Origin: a virus
Lineage: Duplodnaviria; Caudoviricetes
Reading direction: 5' to 3' (one strand)
IMG/VR virus record: IMGVR_UViG_3300030098_002236
Location: 1-33,103 of that record
DNA length: 33,103 nucleotides
Shown here: piece by piece, positions 11,401-20,590 of the stretch
Position numbering within the stretch: position 1 is the stretch's first letter
How the letters are laid out: each line of letters starts with the position of its first letter
The notes under the pieces: model-generated
What the model was told of the DNA's origin: nothing
Seen by the model: the letters and a program-made list of their open reading frames with translations, nothing else
Databases searched by the model: none
Position numbers and translations under genes: made by a program

Positions 11401-14400
11401 TAGAAATAGACGAAACAAGACCAAGAACTCCATATACAACTATAGGGGTTAATGAAGATGGCAATGAAGTTATTATTTCCACAACACCTATAGAACAGTT
11501 TCCAGGCACTGTACCTTCAAGACCTCTTACAGGTTTAACACTTAGACCTAGAGCAGGAGTAGGTGGTCCAGATGCAACACCTGTTGGTGAAGTATATGAT
11601 GTAAAAAAATTAACACCAGAAGAATATTTAGATACTAAAAATTTTATTTTAGATAATTATAAAAAGATTTATAAAGACGTTCCTAAAGGTGTAAGAAAAG
11701 ATGGAAGAAAATTTCTTCAATGGATGAGAGATAATGCACCCAACGAAGATTACAAAATGATTTCTTCCAAAGTTTTAGAAACTTTAAATAAACTAGCTAA
11801 TGCAGGTATAGATACATTTATAGAAATTAAAGCATTGCCTCGTGGTAGAAGCGGACAAAATGCATATAGTCCATTAGAAGGACAAAATACAGTTACTTTA
11901 GCTAATAGAAGAGATTCAGGTCGTGATGATGGAGTAAATTATGAAACTATATTGCATGAGTTTATACATTCAGCGACTGTTCCTATTATTTATAAAAGAA
12001 AATTAGGTGGATTAAATAAAAAAGCAGATAAATTATTTAAAAATTTAGAAGAAATACAAGAAAAATTTGCAACAGAAATTTCTAGTCGTTGGAAAAATTT
12101 AAGAGATAAAATAGAAGAATATCAATCTACAGGAAATGAAGATATAGCATTAGAACTTGATAAATTAATATTAGAACCAGCAGAAAAATATTTACTTGAA
12201 GGAAGTCGTTATATAGATAATGGTAAATTTGAAAGAATAACCTCTCCATTAAACGAAGATAGACTTAAAGGTAGGATGCGTGAGTTAAATTTTAGAATTT
12301 TGCAAATGGGCAGACATTTTATTGGCTATCAAACATATGGATTACAAGAACCAAAAGGAAAAACTTTTAAAGAATTAAAAGAAAATAAACAAGCTGATCT
12401 TTCTGAGTTTTTAACTTTTGGTTTTACAAATAGACAGTTCCAAGAATTATTAGAAAGCGTTGATTTTGTACCTAAAAAACAAAGTGCATGGTCTAAGTTT
12501 GTAGATTCTATTAGAGAATTTATAGGACTGCCTGTAAAAGCTAATACTGCTTTGTCAGGATTTTTAGAAAATGCTTCTACATTAGTGGATATTGCTGCAA
12601 TAGAACCAAGTGATGTTTTATCAGGGCAAAAAGATGTAATTATAACAACATCAGATCGGCAATCTTTAGATGATGAAATAAATAAACTAGGAACGCAAAT
12701 ATACAACCTAGAACGTAGAGCAGAAGCTGATAGACAATATATTAGTAATGACACATATAACCAAGATATGCGTAGGATTGATGGTTTAAAAACTAGGCAA
12801 GAAGATTTAATACGACAACGTGCAGAGTTGCCTCCAGAACAGCCACCTTTGTTTAGTAGAGCACAAGATATTGGATCACCTCTTGATGAACCTCTTAGTT
12901 ATAGATTAAATGATAGAACTTTAGAACGTTGGTTAAAATATCATAACTATGAAAACTTAAATGAAAGACCAGGTGCACCTAGAACAGAAGGTGAGATAGA
13001 TGCAGCATATAGAAGAAATGATCCTGCTCTCAATGAATCTTATGTTTTATACCCAGATAGAGTAGAAACTTTCTTTGCACCTACTGGTGATAAGTTATCT
13101 AAAAAAACATACAAGAATCCAACACATAGACAATTACTTGTAGACTTTGATTACATACCTCGTACACAAGAAGATGTACCTTTATTTAGTAGAGCAGCTA
13201 CTAAAAATTCACCTGCATACTTAGATTTAACAAAAGAAAATTTAGAATATACAAATGAGTGGGCAAAAAATGAAACTGAAAATACTTCTCGTTTAATTTT
13301 ACCTTTTATTACAAGGATGCCTATAGATGATTTTTTAATGTTATCTTCTGATAAAACAATTTTTGAATTAATTAAATCTGAAAAACCAAAAAATGTTGAT
13401 GTTATGGGAGATACAGTAGCTGTTGATCCTAATTTTAATCCAGACATTTTTAATAAATTACCAAGAAGAATGAATAGATATGTTGGTGCATATCCTTATT
13501 TATCTATTAATGAAGATGGTAAAGTTATTGGGCATGAAGGTAGGCACAGATTAGTTTTAGGTCAAAAAGATGGTGCTATTGATGCACCAGTTATTATTAT
13601 GTTTGAACCAACAGGCAAAGCATTACCTCAAAAAGAAAAAATATATTCTGCTGAAAATTTAAAAGATTTAGAAATTACATCTTTAATACCTCAATTTAAA
13701 AATTCCGCAGTAGATAAAGTTGACCTATTAGAAGATACAAGTATCATTAATGACGAAAATATAAATCGTGCATTAGCAATAGCAACTTTACCAGATGGCA
13801 TAAAACAAAGAAAAAAATTAAATGATGAAAGAAAAAAATCTGCTTTATTTTCTATACAACAAATCCAAAATATTCCACAAAATTTAAGAAAAAATCCAAA
13901 ATATAGCTCTCAATTAGAAACGCACTACGATAATTTAATAAATTTAGGATATTTAAAATCTTCACCATTAGATATTTTAGATGTGCCTTTATTTAGTAGA
14001 AGCACAAGATTTGCAACAGATGAAAGCACATCAGAAAATAAAAAGCTAATAGAAGCCACTGAGAGAGTCGAGGAGATCGTTAAATCTACACCGAATGGTG
14101 AAATACCACCTGTTAATCCAAACGCTTCTGACGTAGCATTTAAAGCATTTCTAGATTTTAACGATACTAGCAATACATCTACCCCACCAGATGATATACC
14201 TACATTCTCTATTGGTACTATCCCAGAAGAGTATCAAGACCAAGTAGATAAGATTGGTTACACAGAACCAAGAAAATCATTTGGTGCAAGAATGATTGAC
14301 TTTACTTCTGATCCTATTAGTAATATTAAAAAATCATTTAGATCAGTAAGAACTCAACTTATTGATAAGTTAGATTTAATAGATAAAAAAATTACTCAAG

Positions 14401-16940
14401 CCATAGAAGATAATGACGAAGTAAGAGCTAATAATAATACAGCAGATACAGCAACTATGGCTGCATTACGCATGGCAGATAGAGCTAGAGGATTATTTCA
14501 AGGGATGCTTACAAGAGGTTTTGTTAGCGATTCCATACAAAATGAAAATGCTTTAGCCAATGTAAATGATCTTGAAATAAGTACAGTCTACAATCCTTAT
14601 ATTGAGGGTGATACTGGAACTGGTGGTCTTATGCAAATAATATCACCACTGTATGCAGACCCTACTGTAAACAGAGAGTTTTTGTTTAAGTTATATGCAA
14701 CATCAAAACGAACAGAAAATTTTGATAAGAACGGACAACTTGTTGATTCGCCTATATCAAGAGAGAAGGCAGCAGAAAATATTAGAAATATAGAACAAAA
14801 CTATCCTAGTGTTGTAGAGGTATATAATAATTATCAAAACTGGAATAACCAGTTAATAACTTTTGCAGAAAAAAAAGGATTGCTTGATAAACAACAAGCA
14901 CAATTATGGAAACAACACTCTGCATACTATCCTTTCTACAGAAAGATGGTGGATGAAGAAAATATTTTAGGTCCTCGTATTGCAGCAGGATCATTGCCTA
15001 ATAATCCATTAAGCATACAAATTACTGGATCAGAGAATCCATTAGATGTTGATCCTATAGAAGCTATAGCTAGAAATTCTTTATCTATATTAACAGCAGC
15101 TTTAAAAAATGATGGCACATCAAAATTACTTAGAGATTTACAAGCTATTGGAGATGCAAAAAAATTAGAATCACCTGACGAAATTAAAAGAGCATCACAA
15201 AATAGAATATTTGTTTTTGAGAATGGTCAAAAAACTTTCTATAGTGTAGAAGACCCAGAACTATTCTATGGCTTACAGTCTGTAGGTGGTATGAACACTG
15301 ACTTTATTACTAAGATACTTGCAATGCCAGCCTCTATATTAAGAGATACAGTTACAAGAGACCCAGGATTTGTTGTAGTTAATATACTTAGAGATACTTT
15401 GTCATCTGCTGTAACATCTGGTGCACCCATTGGTGCAGATGGATTCAGACCTGTTATAGATTCATTTAAGAATATGTTTGAGGACATGGAAAACTTAGAG
15501 AAGTTTGGTGTTCTTGGTGGATATGATTTCCAAAATGATGAGGGTACTGTCAAACAATTTATTGATAGAAGTATGAGACAAGAGGGTTTAATGCCTGACA
15601 ACTCAGCCAGTGCACAAGATATGTTCTTTAAACTTTGGGATGGGTTAGGTGCATTAACAACTAAATCTGATGGTGCAACAAGAAAAGCTGTATATGATGC
15701 AGTCTATAAAGACCTTATAAAAAGAGGGTATACAGAAGCACAAGCACAATCAGAAGCAGCCTATCAAGCACTTGAGATAATTAACTTTGGTAGACGTGGA
15801 CTATCACCAATGTTTAGAACAATTACTGCTGCGATACCATTTTTAAACGCAAGGATTCAAGGTCTTGATGTTCTGTTTAGATCATTTACTGGTAAATATT
15901 CTGCTGTAGAAAAACTCCAGGAAGGAGAAACCAGGGAAGATGTCAGAAAAAGAATATTAAAAACAGCAATCACAAGAGGTGGATTCTTGATGGCTCTGAC
16001 AGCCATATATTACATGATGGTTAGTGATGATGAAGAGTATCGAGGTCTTAGACGTGAAGTTCGTGATGACAACTGGATTATTCCATTAGTAGATGGCATA
16101 CCTGCTCTCAAGATTCCTATACCATTTGAGGTTGGAATGATCTTTAAAACGTTCCCAGAAAGGTTTATAGACGAGTTTATGGGCAGAGAAATAGAGCCAG
16201 AGCCTTTGACATCAGTTAAAAGACAATTAGGAACATCAGCCAAACTACCTTTCTTTGATGCAGGTTTAGGATTCCAATTATTAAAACCATTTGCTGAGGT
16301 ATATCAGAACAGAAATACTTTTACTAACACAGAGATTGTTCCCTACTATCAACAAAAATTAGAATCAGGACTACAATCTAGGCGTAGCACCAACGAATTA
16401 CTGAGGGTTATAGGTGAAACATTTAACGTATCACCTGCAAAGCTAGAGCATCTATTTAGAGGTTATACAGGAACACTTGGAGGTTATGTATTAGATGTAG
16501 CAGATGTTATTGCTAGAGGTGTTACAGGAACGCCTCTCATACCACCTAATCTTAATTCTATACCAGTGCTTAGAAGATTGCTTCAAGACACAGACAGGTC
16601 TGGAGGAGGACTACAGCAACAGTTCTATGAATTAAGAAGTGAAGTAGATACAGCAGTTCAAACTATGAACAAACTGAGAAAAGATGAAAGATTTGATGAA
16701 TACTCAGCTTATCGTTCCAATATGCAAGGCATCTTAAACATTAAAGGACAGGTCAGAAGTATAGAAAGATACATGGATAACTGGAGAAAACGTAGAGATA
16801 GACTTCTCAGAAGAACAGATATTTCGCCAACAGCGAGAGGTGAATTACTGAAACAAATGGAATTAGAAAGAGACAGACGACTAGCAATAGTGCCAGAATT
16901 AAGGGATAGAGCAAATATACCAGTGATTAGAGGTATTTAA
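8493..16940 (+). CDS. Large polyvalent internal virion protein (two HExxH zincin-like motifs, ParB-like motif, C-terminal LPD38-like domain)
   Basis: 2815 aa. HEMIH (10929-10943), HEFIH (11955-11969), GHEGRHR (~13530). C-terminal AIPFLNARIQG..RDDNW..IPIPFEVG..SPAKLEHLFRGYTGTLG is typical of LPD38. Confidence 0.8.
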   Translation: MEKINIPRYGVISLPDNIDPVERAQIAADIKKDFGIDINQTTILGRAAELPKGIARGAIGLATDVPLGIASVFDVGNDGKIVKGLQGFKKKVREESPLAAEPGYEDLWTTKLSEGLGSFVPFLGAGLAGRALTQAPKPFFSKGYFKTPEFTLPAALAVPTGVAQQADRVQMAREMGEDVGGISETVAELLGGVIGISEVLPIGALLARTSKTALKDYALRDKIRSALIQGTQEGAQEVFASLSQDLIARGLYSDELPIGESLADEFTIGGVIGAGADLVVNSFAGRRGIGNENLKQREAQLRQNRIQLQDEKRFDKAVEQGLVEEIQPVEVKDKPDIPIPVGEIQPLPNFEIIQDTQGNFNLLDTSKEGSPVLKTFEAEAEAIVAKEKELNKLRVKNLKIDIENALYNQGLINSSSGFDLGVTLLDPNSIQLNPQSILNFDSKVKKVDRKDIESYFTKKKVDLKPTYTMQEVRKILAPKDLNRLQSDMAQQIFRQSEKRGEPSIRDDKSQVNVNNKYIKEIAASKNIELDFKDPAVQHFTREVTGYDDISKVKNRGAKELFLARLHSLPKFNFKTKLPDFRPRQYSAEDMANFVANMGINNTEFSVADLLKAGPTAGNKPATEQFVRDLTTSGRANKVEGTNKYKINKNYEFEVARKAEGFNETPEEFGERLVREGVLPQETIDQLIEAEKVRQEKYLPPKEVAPKMINFAQSVEEGRVNKFAQEARKILDKAGLKETGVIISDEILSTEGLIETPDGVIKRDPRAYRDETSFSEGEYDRNTDIVFVSLNAVNPDGLATDAEIQQRINRIIDHEMIHALRAKDLINEQEYQYLRQEVKRRKVPESVDAEAFAKNKTYYQRSIDLNERTLQGRNVGKDGAEEFYVEEAIAELYRNRFSQPAIPKKAETIFEKITQFFKSLGQAFRRSGFDKSSDIFRAIEEGEVGKRQRGEIRTLREIDRVPLADELQPIVEIDETRPRTPYTTIGVNEDGNEVIISTTPIEQFPGTVPSRPLTGLTLRPRAGVGGPDATPVGEVYDVKKLTPEEYLDTKNFILDNYKKIYKDVPKGVRKDGRKFLQWMRDNAPNEDYKMISSKVLETLNKLANAGIDTFIEIKALPRGRSGQNAYSPLEGQNTVTLANRRDSGRDDGVNYETILHEFIHSATVPIIYKRKLGGLNKKADKLFKNLEEIQEKFATEISSRWKNLRDKIEEYQSTGNEDIALELDKLILEPAEKYLLEGSRYIDNGKFERITSPLNEDRLKGRMRELNFRILQMGRHFIGYQTYGLQEPKGKTFKELKENKQADLSEFLTFGFTNRQFQELLESVDFVPKKQSAWSKFVDSIREFIGLPVKANTALSGFLENASTLVDIAAIEPSDVLSGQKDVIITTSDRQSLDDEINKLGTQIYNLERRAEADRQYISNDTYNQDMRRIDGLKTRQEDLIRQRAELPPEQPPLFSRAQDIGSPLDEPLSYRLNDRTLERWLKYHNYENLNERPGAPRTEGEIDAAYRRNDPALNESYVLYPDRVETFFAPTGDKLSKKTYKNPTHRQLLVDFDYIPRTQEDVPLFSRAATKNSPAYLDLTKENLEYTNEWAKNETENTSRLILPFITRMPIDDFLMLSSDKTIFELIKSEKPKNVDVMGDTVAVDPNFNPDIFNKLPRRMNRYVGAYPYLSINEDGKVIGHEGRHRLVLGQKDGAIDAPVIIMFEPTGKALPQKEKIYSAENLKDLEITSLIPQFKNSAVDKVDLLEDTSIINDENINRALAIATLPDGIKQRKKLNDERKKSALFSIQQIQNIPQNLRKNPKYSSQLETHYDNLINLGYLKSSPLDILDVPLFSRSTRFATDESTSENKKLIEATERVEEIVKSTPNGEIPPVNPNASDVAFKAFLDFNDTSNTSTPPDDIPTFSIGTIPEEYQDQVDKIGYTEPRKSFGARMIDFTSDPISNIKKSFRSVRTQLIDKLDLIDKKITQAIEDNDEVRANNNTADTATMAALRMADRARGLFQGMLTRGFVSDSIQNENALANVNDLEISTVYNPYIEGDTGTGGLMQIISPLYADPTVNREFLFKLYATSKRTENFDKNGQLVDSPISREKAAENIRNIEQNYPSVVEVYNNYQNWNNQLITFAEKKGLLDKQQAQLWKQHSAYYPFYRKMVDEENILGPRIAAGSLPNNPLSIQITGSENPLDVDPIEAIARNSLSILTAALKNDGTSKLLRDLQAIGDAKKLESPDEIKRASQNRIFVFENGQKTFYSVEDPELFYGLQSVGGMNTDFITKILAMPASILRDTVTRDPGFVVVNILRDTLSSAVTSGAPIGADGFRPVIDSFKNMFEDMENLEKFGVLGGYDFQNDEGTVKQFIDRSMRQEGLMPDNSASAQDMFFKLWDGLGALTTKSDGATRKAVYDAVYKDLIKRGYTEAQAQSEAAYQALEIINFGRRGLSPMFRTITAAIPFLNARIQGLDVLFRSFTGKYSAVEKLQEGETREDVRKRILKTAITRGGFLMALTAIYYMMVSDDEEYRGLRREVRDDNWIIPLVDGIPALKIPIPFEVGMIFKTFPERFIDEFMGREIEPEPLTSVKRQLGTSAKLPFFDAGLGFQLLKPFAEVYQNRNTFTNTEIVPYYQQKLESGLQSRRSTNELLRVIGETFNVSPAKLEHLFRGYTGTLGGYVLDVADVIARGVTGTPLIPPNLNSIPVLRRLLQDTDRSGGGLQQQFYELRSEVDTAVQTMNKLRKDERFDEYSAYRSNMQGILNIKGQVRSIERYMDNWRKRRDRLLRRTDISPTARGELLKQMELERDRRLAIVPELRDRANIPVIRGI

Positions 16941-17296
16941 TTAAACAGTCTAGTTACTTTGTTGTAGCCTTTTGACTTGTAATACTCTATTTCTTTCTCT
17001 TCTTTCAAAGGTTTTAATTTAAAGAAGTCATTATGTTGTGGATATCTAGCATGAAATAACCTAGCGTAAAAACAAATGTAATCATTGCTGATCTTAAATT
17101 CCCCACCTTTGGTTTCAATCTCCTTGTTCCACCTTATGCGATTAACAATCGCCCAATGTGAGTAGTGCTTTCTACCACTGTTAATGGCATCAAACGTATA
17201 CTCCTCAAACTTTTTCCACACTTTAGGATTGGCTTTATGCCACGCCCACCACTTCTGCTTTCTCTCTTCTAATTGTTTTTCTAATTCTATAATCAT
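16937..17296 (-). CDS. Hypothetical phage protein
   Basis: 119 aa, GGAGG RBS upstream, NP.VW..F...IRW...FKISNDY..YARLF pattern. Confidence 0.75.
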   Translation of the reverse strand: MIIELEKQLEERKQKWWAWHKANPKVWKKFEEYTFDAINSGRKHYSHWAIVNRIRWNKEIETKGGEFKISNDYICFYARLFHARYPQHNDFFKLKPLKEEKEIEYYKSKGYNKVTRLFN

Positions 17297-17329
17297 CTAT
17301 CGCCTCCAACTTTATGTTTCCCGAAGGAT

Positions 17330-17419
17330 CATTGACCAGTAAATATTTATTGCATACCATCCCAGGCTGCCGTTCAAACATTGACTGGTAAATATTTTAT
17401 TTAGCAGCTTCCAGGCTGC
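17330..17419. repeat. Two imperfect ~41-bp direct repeats, each containing the TTKACYRGTMAA palindrome
   Basis: cattgaccagtaaatatttatt...ccaggctgc (17330-17370) and cattgactggtaaatattttatt...ccaggctgc (17379-17419). Confidence 0.8.
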
Positions 17420-17420
17420 G

Positions 17421-17810
17421 TCATTTTTTTTCATCTAACAACTCTTGAATCCAAGGTGCAAATCTAAAGTTCTCTTTATCTTCTTTAAACAAAGATACAA
17501 AGTGTTCTGCATCTACAAGCACCAATGGTTTACTTCTATTTCTTTTAATGACTACAAGTGGTTCATAGCCTTTGCAGTTCTCTTCTGCTTGTGCATACGC
17601 TTTCCAAACATTAACTGCTTCTTGATTCTTACATTCTATAGAATAAGGAAACTTCTCCCTTGATTGTTTGCCAAGAATAATATCCTCACCTTGACTTCCC
17701 ATAGGTCTTGATTCCAAGTCCTCTTCATCAAAACCCAACTTATCTATTAATAGTCTAGCAAACCACTGCTGTAATTTTCGACCTTTCGCTTTGGCACTTG
17801 ATGTTTTCAT
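17421..17810 (-). CDS. Holliday-junction resolvase-like PD-(D/E)xK nuclease
   Basis: SAKAKGR.LQ...GEDI...YSIECKNQE...QA...PLVVIKRNR motif. Confidence 0.8.
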   Translation of the reverse strand: MKTSSAKAKGRKLQQWFARLLIDKLGFDEEDLESRPMGSQGEDIILGKQSREKFPYSIECKNQEAVNVWKAYAQAEENCKGYEPLVVIKRNRSKPLVLVDAEHFVSLFKEDKENFRFAPWIQELLDEKK

Positions 17811-17983
17811 TCTTCGTAAACAAAAACCATGATCTCGTTTTCGCCTAGTTTAGCCATTCCAATTATCTCTTGCCCTTTAAACTTCTTTTCTGCTGTAGCA
17901 AAAGTTCTTGATTTAACTATAGGAGTATTAATCTTATGTTCTCCATCATCCCCATCCACGATAATCGACTTAATTATATTCAT
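17807..17983 (-). CDS. Small hypothetical protein, 58 aa (MNIIKSIIVDG...VFVYEE); not in ORF track
   Basis: Translated by hand; ATGA overlaps with both neighbours and a GGAG RBS. Confidence 0.7.
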   Translation of the reverse strand: MNIIKSIIVDGDDGEHKINTPIVKSRTFATAEKKFKGQEIIGMAKLGENEIMVFVYEE

Positions 17984-18291
17984 CCATACTCCTTTACTAA
18001 TTTATTTACTTGATCTAATAATTCTTGTTCAGTTCCATAAGCCTTAACAAATCTACTTTTATAAGGATGCCTACTAATAAAAGGTTCTTCCATACCACCT
18101 TGTCTGTGATGTTGAAAGCATAAAGGTAAGACTAGCGTATGTGCGTTTAATTTAGTTTTTCCATAAACATGATGAATTTCAGCAGGTGTATTTAAAAATC
18201 CTTTATTACGACACACTATGCATCCCAACTGAACAACTTTATCCATGTGTAGTTTCTCAGCTTTTGTTGGATTTCTTCCTTTTAAGGGCAT
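17980..18291 (-). CDS. Ref/DUF968-like HNH nuclease
   Basis: LGCIVC..AEIHH..LPLCFQHHR..H...F...YGTEQELL zinc/HNH pattern. Confidence 0.85.
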   Translation of the reverse strand: MPLKGRNPTKAEKLHMDKVVQLGCIVCRNKGFLNTPAEIHHVYGKTKLNAHTLVLPLCFQHHRQGGMEEPFISRHPYKSRFVKAYGTEQELLDQVNKLVKEYG

Positions 18292-18364
18292 TTTTTTTCT
18301 TCTCCCAAAGTCTTATCATCATTTGATATCTTTTTTTAGCTTTAGGCGATATCCGTTTGCTCAT
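18257..18364 (-). CDS. Very basic 35-aa peptide (MSKRISPKAKKRYQ...)
   Basis: ATGA-coupled to the GIY-YIG gene stop and fills the gap before the next gene. Confidence 0.4.
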   Translation of the reverse strand: MSKRISPKAKKRYQMMIRLWEKKKNALKRKKSNKS

Positions 18365-18897
18365 CTTAACTCTGAAATTGGTATTACTTTGTTGAGCCAA
18401 TTACTATTGTATTTAGGCTCATACCTTTTAATCAAAATCTTTTCCCAATACTTTCTCCTGTTTGTAGGCAATATTCTATAGCCATCAAACACTTTGTCTC
18501 TTACATGACTTCCAATCCTAGCATTAGGATTTTTACTTTCACCTATGTAAACTATTTCTTTATCGCAAAATAATAAATACACTCCTGACAAACAAAGATT
18601 CATAACTTTACTGCCTTGATAATTTACTACAGGTCTATTGGAATGTTTAACAGCTAGTAAGTTTTCATTTCTATCTTGTTGTGTTTCTCCATATTTATTT
18701 TTTACAGGTTTATGCCCTGTATTACCAACAGCAATTCCTGAAGTGCGATTACTTTTATTAAAACTAATAGGTGATGTTGCTGTAACAATATGACCATTAA
18801 CTGTGCCTATGGTATAACCATTATTGCTTATTGTTAAAGTATGTTCTCTGTAATTTTTTGTCCTTATCTCAGGTATATCACTCATTTTCTTGTTCAA
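18361..18897 (-). CDS. GIY-YIG domain protein
   Basis: SGVYLL..IVYIGES.N..RI..H..E..LI..Y.PKYN. Confidence 0.8.
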   Translation of the reverse strand: MNKKMSDIPEIRTKNYREHTLTISNNGYTIGTVNGHIVTATSPISFNKSNRTSGIAVGNTGHKPVKNKYGETQQDRNENLLAVKHSNRPVVNYQGSKVMNLCLSGVYLLFCDKEIVYIGESKNPNARIGSHVRDKVFDGYRILPTNRRKYWEKILIKRYEPKYNSNWLNKVIPISELR

Positions 18898-19075
18898 AGT
18901 AATCTGCGTTATTGCTAGTTATAGCTTGATACTTGTCTGGTATGGCATCTTCTTCTTCATCTTCATCCCATATAAAACTTACAGTAGTCTTACCAAAAGA
19001 ATCATACTGAATCTTCCATATCTTAAAAGGACAAGCATTAAGCCAAGCATAAAAGTCTCTAGAGTTCTTGTTCAT
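18878..19075 (-). CDS. Hypothetical protein
   Basis: 65 aa, FYAWL..CP motif, in operon orientation. Confidence 0.65.
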   Translation of the reverse strand: MNKNSRDFYAWLNACPFKIWKIQYDSFGKTTVSFIWDEDEEEDAIPDKYQAITSNNADYFEQENE

Positions 19076-19223
19076 TTAATAACTCTTTAAAAAGTAAATT
19101 TATTAAATCATACATATCACTAAACTCTTCTTGTGCCTCTGCACAATTCCAATCAACATCAATATTAGTTTTACATACCTCTAATAAAGTATTTCTAATT
19201 TTCTCAATTTTATTAATACTCAT
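19059..19223 (-). CDS. Small hypothetical protein, 54 aa (MSINKIEKIR...EQEL); not in ORF track
   Basis: Translated by hand; its start lies in the 33-bp repeat with a GAGG RBS. Confidence 0.6.
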   Translation of the reverse strand: MSINKIEKIRNTLLEVCKTNIDVDWNCAEAQEEFSDMYDLINLLFKELLNEQEL

Positions 19224-19420
19224 GCACCATACCTCTTGCGTTCTTCTCTAGCTTTTTTGTTCATCTTTCTCTTCTCCTAACCATAATTTAGTTTCTAAAG
19301 TATCGCCTATAAACTCCCAAACAAAATCCCAATTACTTCCATAATATTTTTTTAAAAGTTTTTCTAATTCTTTTTCAAATTGTTCGTTCATGCACCATAC
19401 CTCTTGCGTTCTTCTCTAGC
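19220..19420. repeat. Exact 33-bp direct repeat (19220-19252 and 19388-19420)
   Basis: tcatgcaccatacctcttgcgttcttctctagc occurs twice. Confidence 0.95.
19248..19391 (-). CDS. Small hypothetical protein, 47 aa (MNEQFEKELE...DEQKS), bracketed by the 33-bp repeats
   Basis: Translated by hand; ATGA-coupled to the upstream gene. Confidence 0.6.
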   Translation of the reverse strand: MNEQFEKELEKLLKKYYGSNWDFVWEFIGDTLETKLWLGEEKDEQKS

Positions 19421-19729
19421 GTTAACCATTTTAGTTCTCCATTCCTCAAAACCAATCTCTAATGCTTTCAACTGCACCTTACAAGAAGATAGGAATCCTT
19501 TAGCAACTCCTACCTTTAATCTAGCTTGATACAATTCATCTTGGTTCTCAGCATAAGTCTCTTGTGCAATATTAGTTTTATGACCCATAGACATTGCTTT
19601 AGTCTTTAATACAGCAAATATCTTTTTTACATCTGCCTCAGATTTAAACAACTCATACTCAGCTTTCTCTATAACTGGTGCAAGACTTCTAATTTCTTGC
19701 ATCCAATTTTCTTGTTGCTGTTCATCCAT
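19388..19729 (-). CDS. Coiled-coil hypothetical protein
   Basis: 113 aa, helical, FEEWRT..N.R.E C-terminus. Confidence 0.75.
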   Translation of the reverse strand: MDEQQQENWMQEIRSLAPVIEKAEYELFKSEADVKKIFAVLKTKAMSMGHKTNIAQETYAENQDELYQARLKVGVAKGFLSSCKVQLKALEIGFEEWRTKMVNAREERKRYGA

Positions 19730-19869
19730 TAGTCTTTATCCCACTTACAATTAATAATATCGTCAAAGACTTTTGGTTTAAACTTTTGCATAAAATAAAA
19801 AAATATAAGAGAACCAACATACAAAAATGCCAAAATTAATAAAATATTTATAAAAAACTCAAACATCAT
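19729..19869 (-). CDS. Small single-TM protein, 46 aa (MMFEFFINILLILAFLYVGSLIFFYF...); not in ORF track
   Basis: GAGG RBS, hydrophobic N-terminus, TAATG-coupled to the next gene. Confidence 0.6.
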   Translation of the reverse strand: MMFEFFINILLILAFLYVGSLIFFYFMQKFKPKVFDDIINCKWDKD

Positions 19870-20095
19870 AACCTCTCTTTCTAAGTTCAATTATTTGTTT
19901 ATCAGTCAATTTTTTCTCAGCTGTAATTATTTCTTCCCTATTAGATTCAAACTTATTCCAAGTCATAGTTTCTAATTGATTTTTGTTATTTAAATTACTT
20001 TGATAATAGTGAAACACAAGTTTTTTATCTTTTGCCTCTTTCTCTAATTCTAATTTTCTTTTATCAACTAATTTTTTTTTGTCTGGATAAGCCAT
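19859..20095 (-). CDS. Hypothetical protein
   Basis: 78 aa, in operon orientation. Confidence 0.6.
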   Translation of the reverse strand: MAYPDKKKLVDKRKLELEKEAKDKKLVFHYYQSNLNNKNQLETMTWNKFESNREEIITAEKKLTDKQIIELRKRGYDV

Positions 20096-20097
20096 AT

Positions 20098-20325
20098 TTA
20101 TACCCCCAATTTTGATTTATAAAACTCTTGTACTTTCTCAGAATTTTTTAATTCCAAGTATTCCATTAATACATCATGCGATCTGTCGCCATAAACTTTT
20201 TGCAAATCTCTAAGCAAGTCTGCGTAGGATGACTGGAATTGAAAAAATATATACTCGTCTATATTGTTTTCCAACTCCATGACATCCTCTTTAGTTCCAA
20301 GCATACTAGAATGGGATATCATCAT
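20098..20325 (-). CDS. Hypothetical protein (true start may be 20283, MELENN)
   Basis: ORF in operon orientation with a GAGG upstream of the internal ATG. Confidence 0.55.
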   Translation of the reverse strand: MMISHSSMLGTKEDVMELENNIDEYIFFQFQSSYADLLRDLQKVYGDRSHDVLMEYLELKNSEKVQEFYKSKLGV

Positions 20326-20590
20326 CAGTAAATGTAGGCTCTACTTTTGGTTCTTCAGTTTTCTTAGGCATAGGTATATCCATTCTTGCATACTTATAGT
20401 CCTTGCCATTCTTAGAAGTCCTATCCCATAAGGCAACTCTTAACTCTGGTGTTGCACCAGACTTTACCTTTTCTACTAACTCTTTTAAGAGTTCTTTAGG
20501 CAACTCGATAGTACCAGTCCAATCTGGTTGTTTCTCGTTATCCTTAAAGTCATTGGTGAAAATTGCACCATCACATTGCACTTTGTCCAT
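20306..20590 (-). CDS. Putative single-stranded DNA-binding protein (DUF736-like)
   Basis: K...QPDWTG...VALW..TSKNG..Y motif and an acidic DDDIPF tail; follows the annealase. Confidence 0.7.
   Translation of the reverse strand: MDKVQCDGAIFTNDFKDNEKQPDWTGTIELPKELLKELVEKVKSGATPELRVALWDRTSKNGKDYKYARMDIPMPKKTEEPKVEPTFTDDDIPF

Noticed and set aside
949-16243. Many antisense or alternate-frame ORFs (e.g. 3944-4249, 6535-6894, 12329-12754)
   Set aside because: Shadow frames of long structural genes, with no RBS or recognisable motifs.
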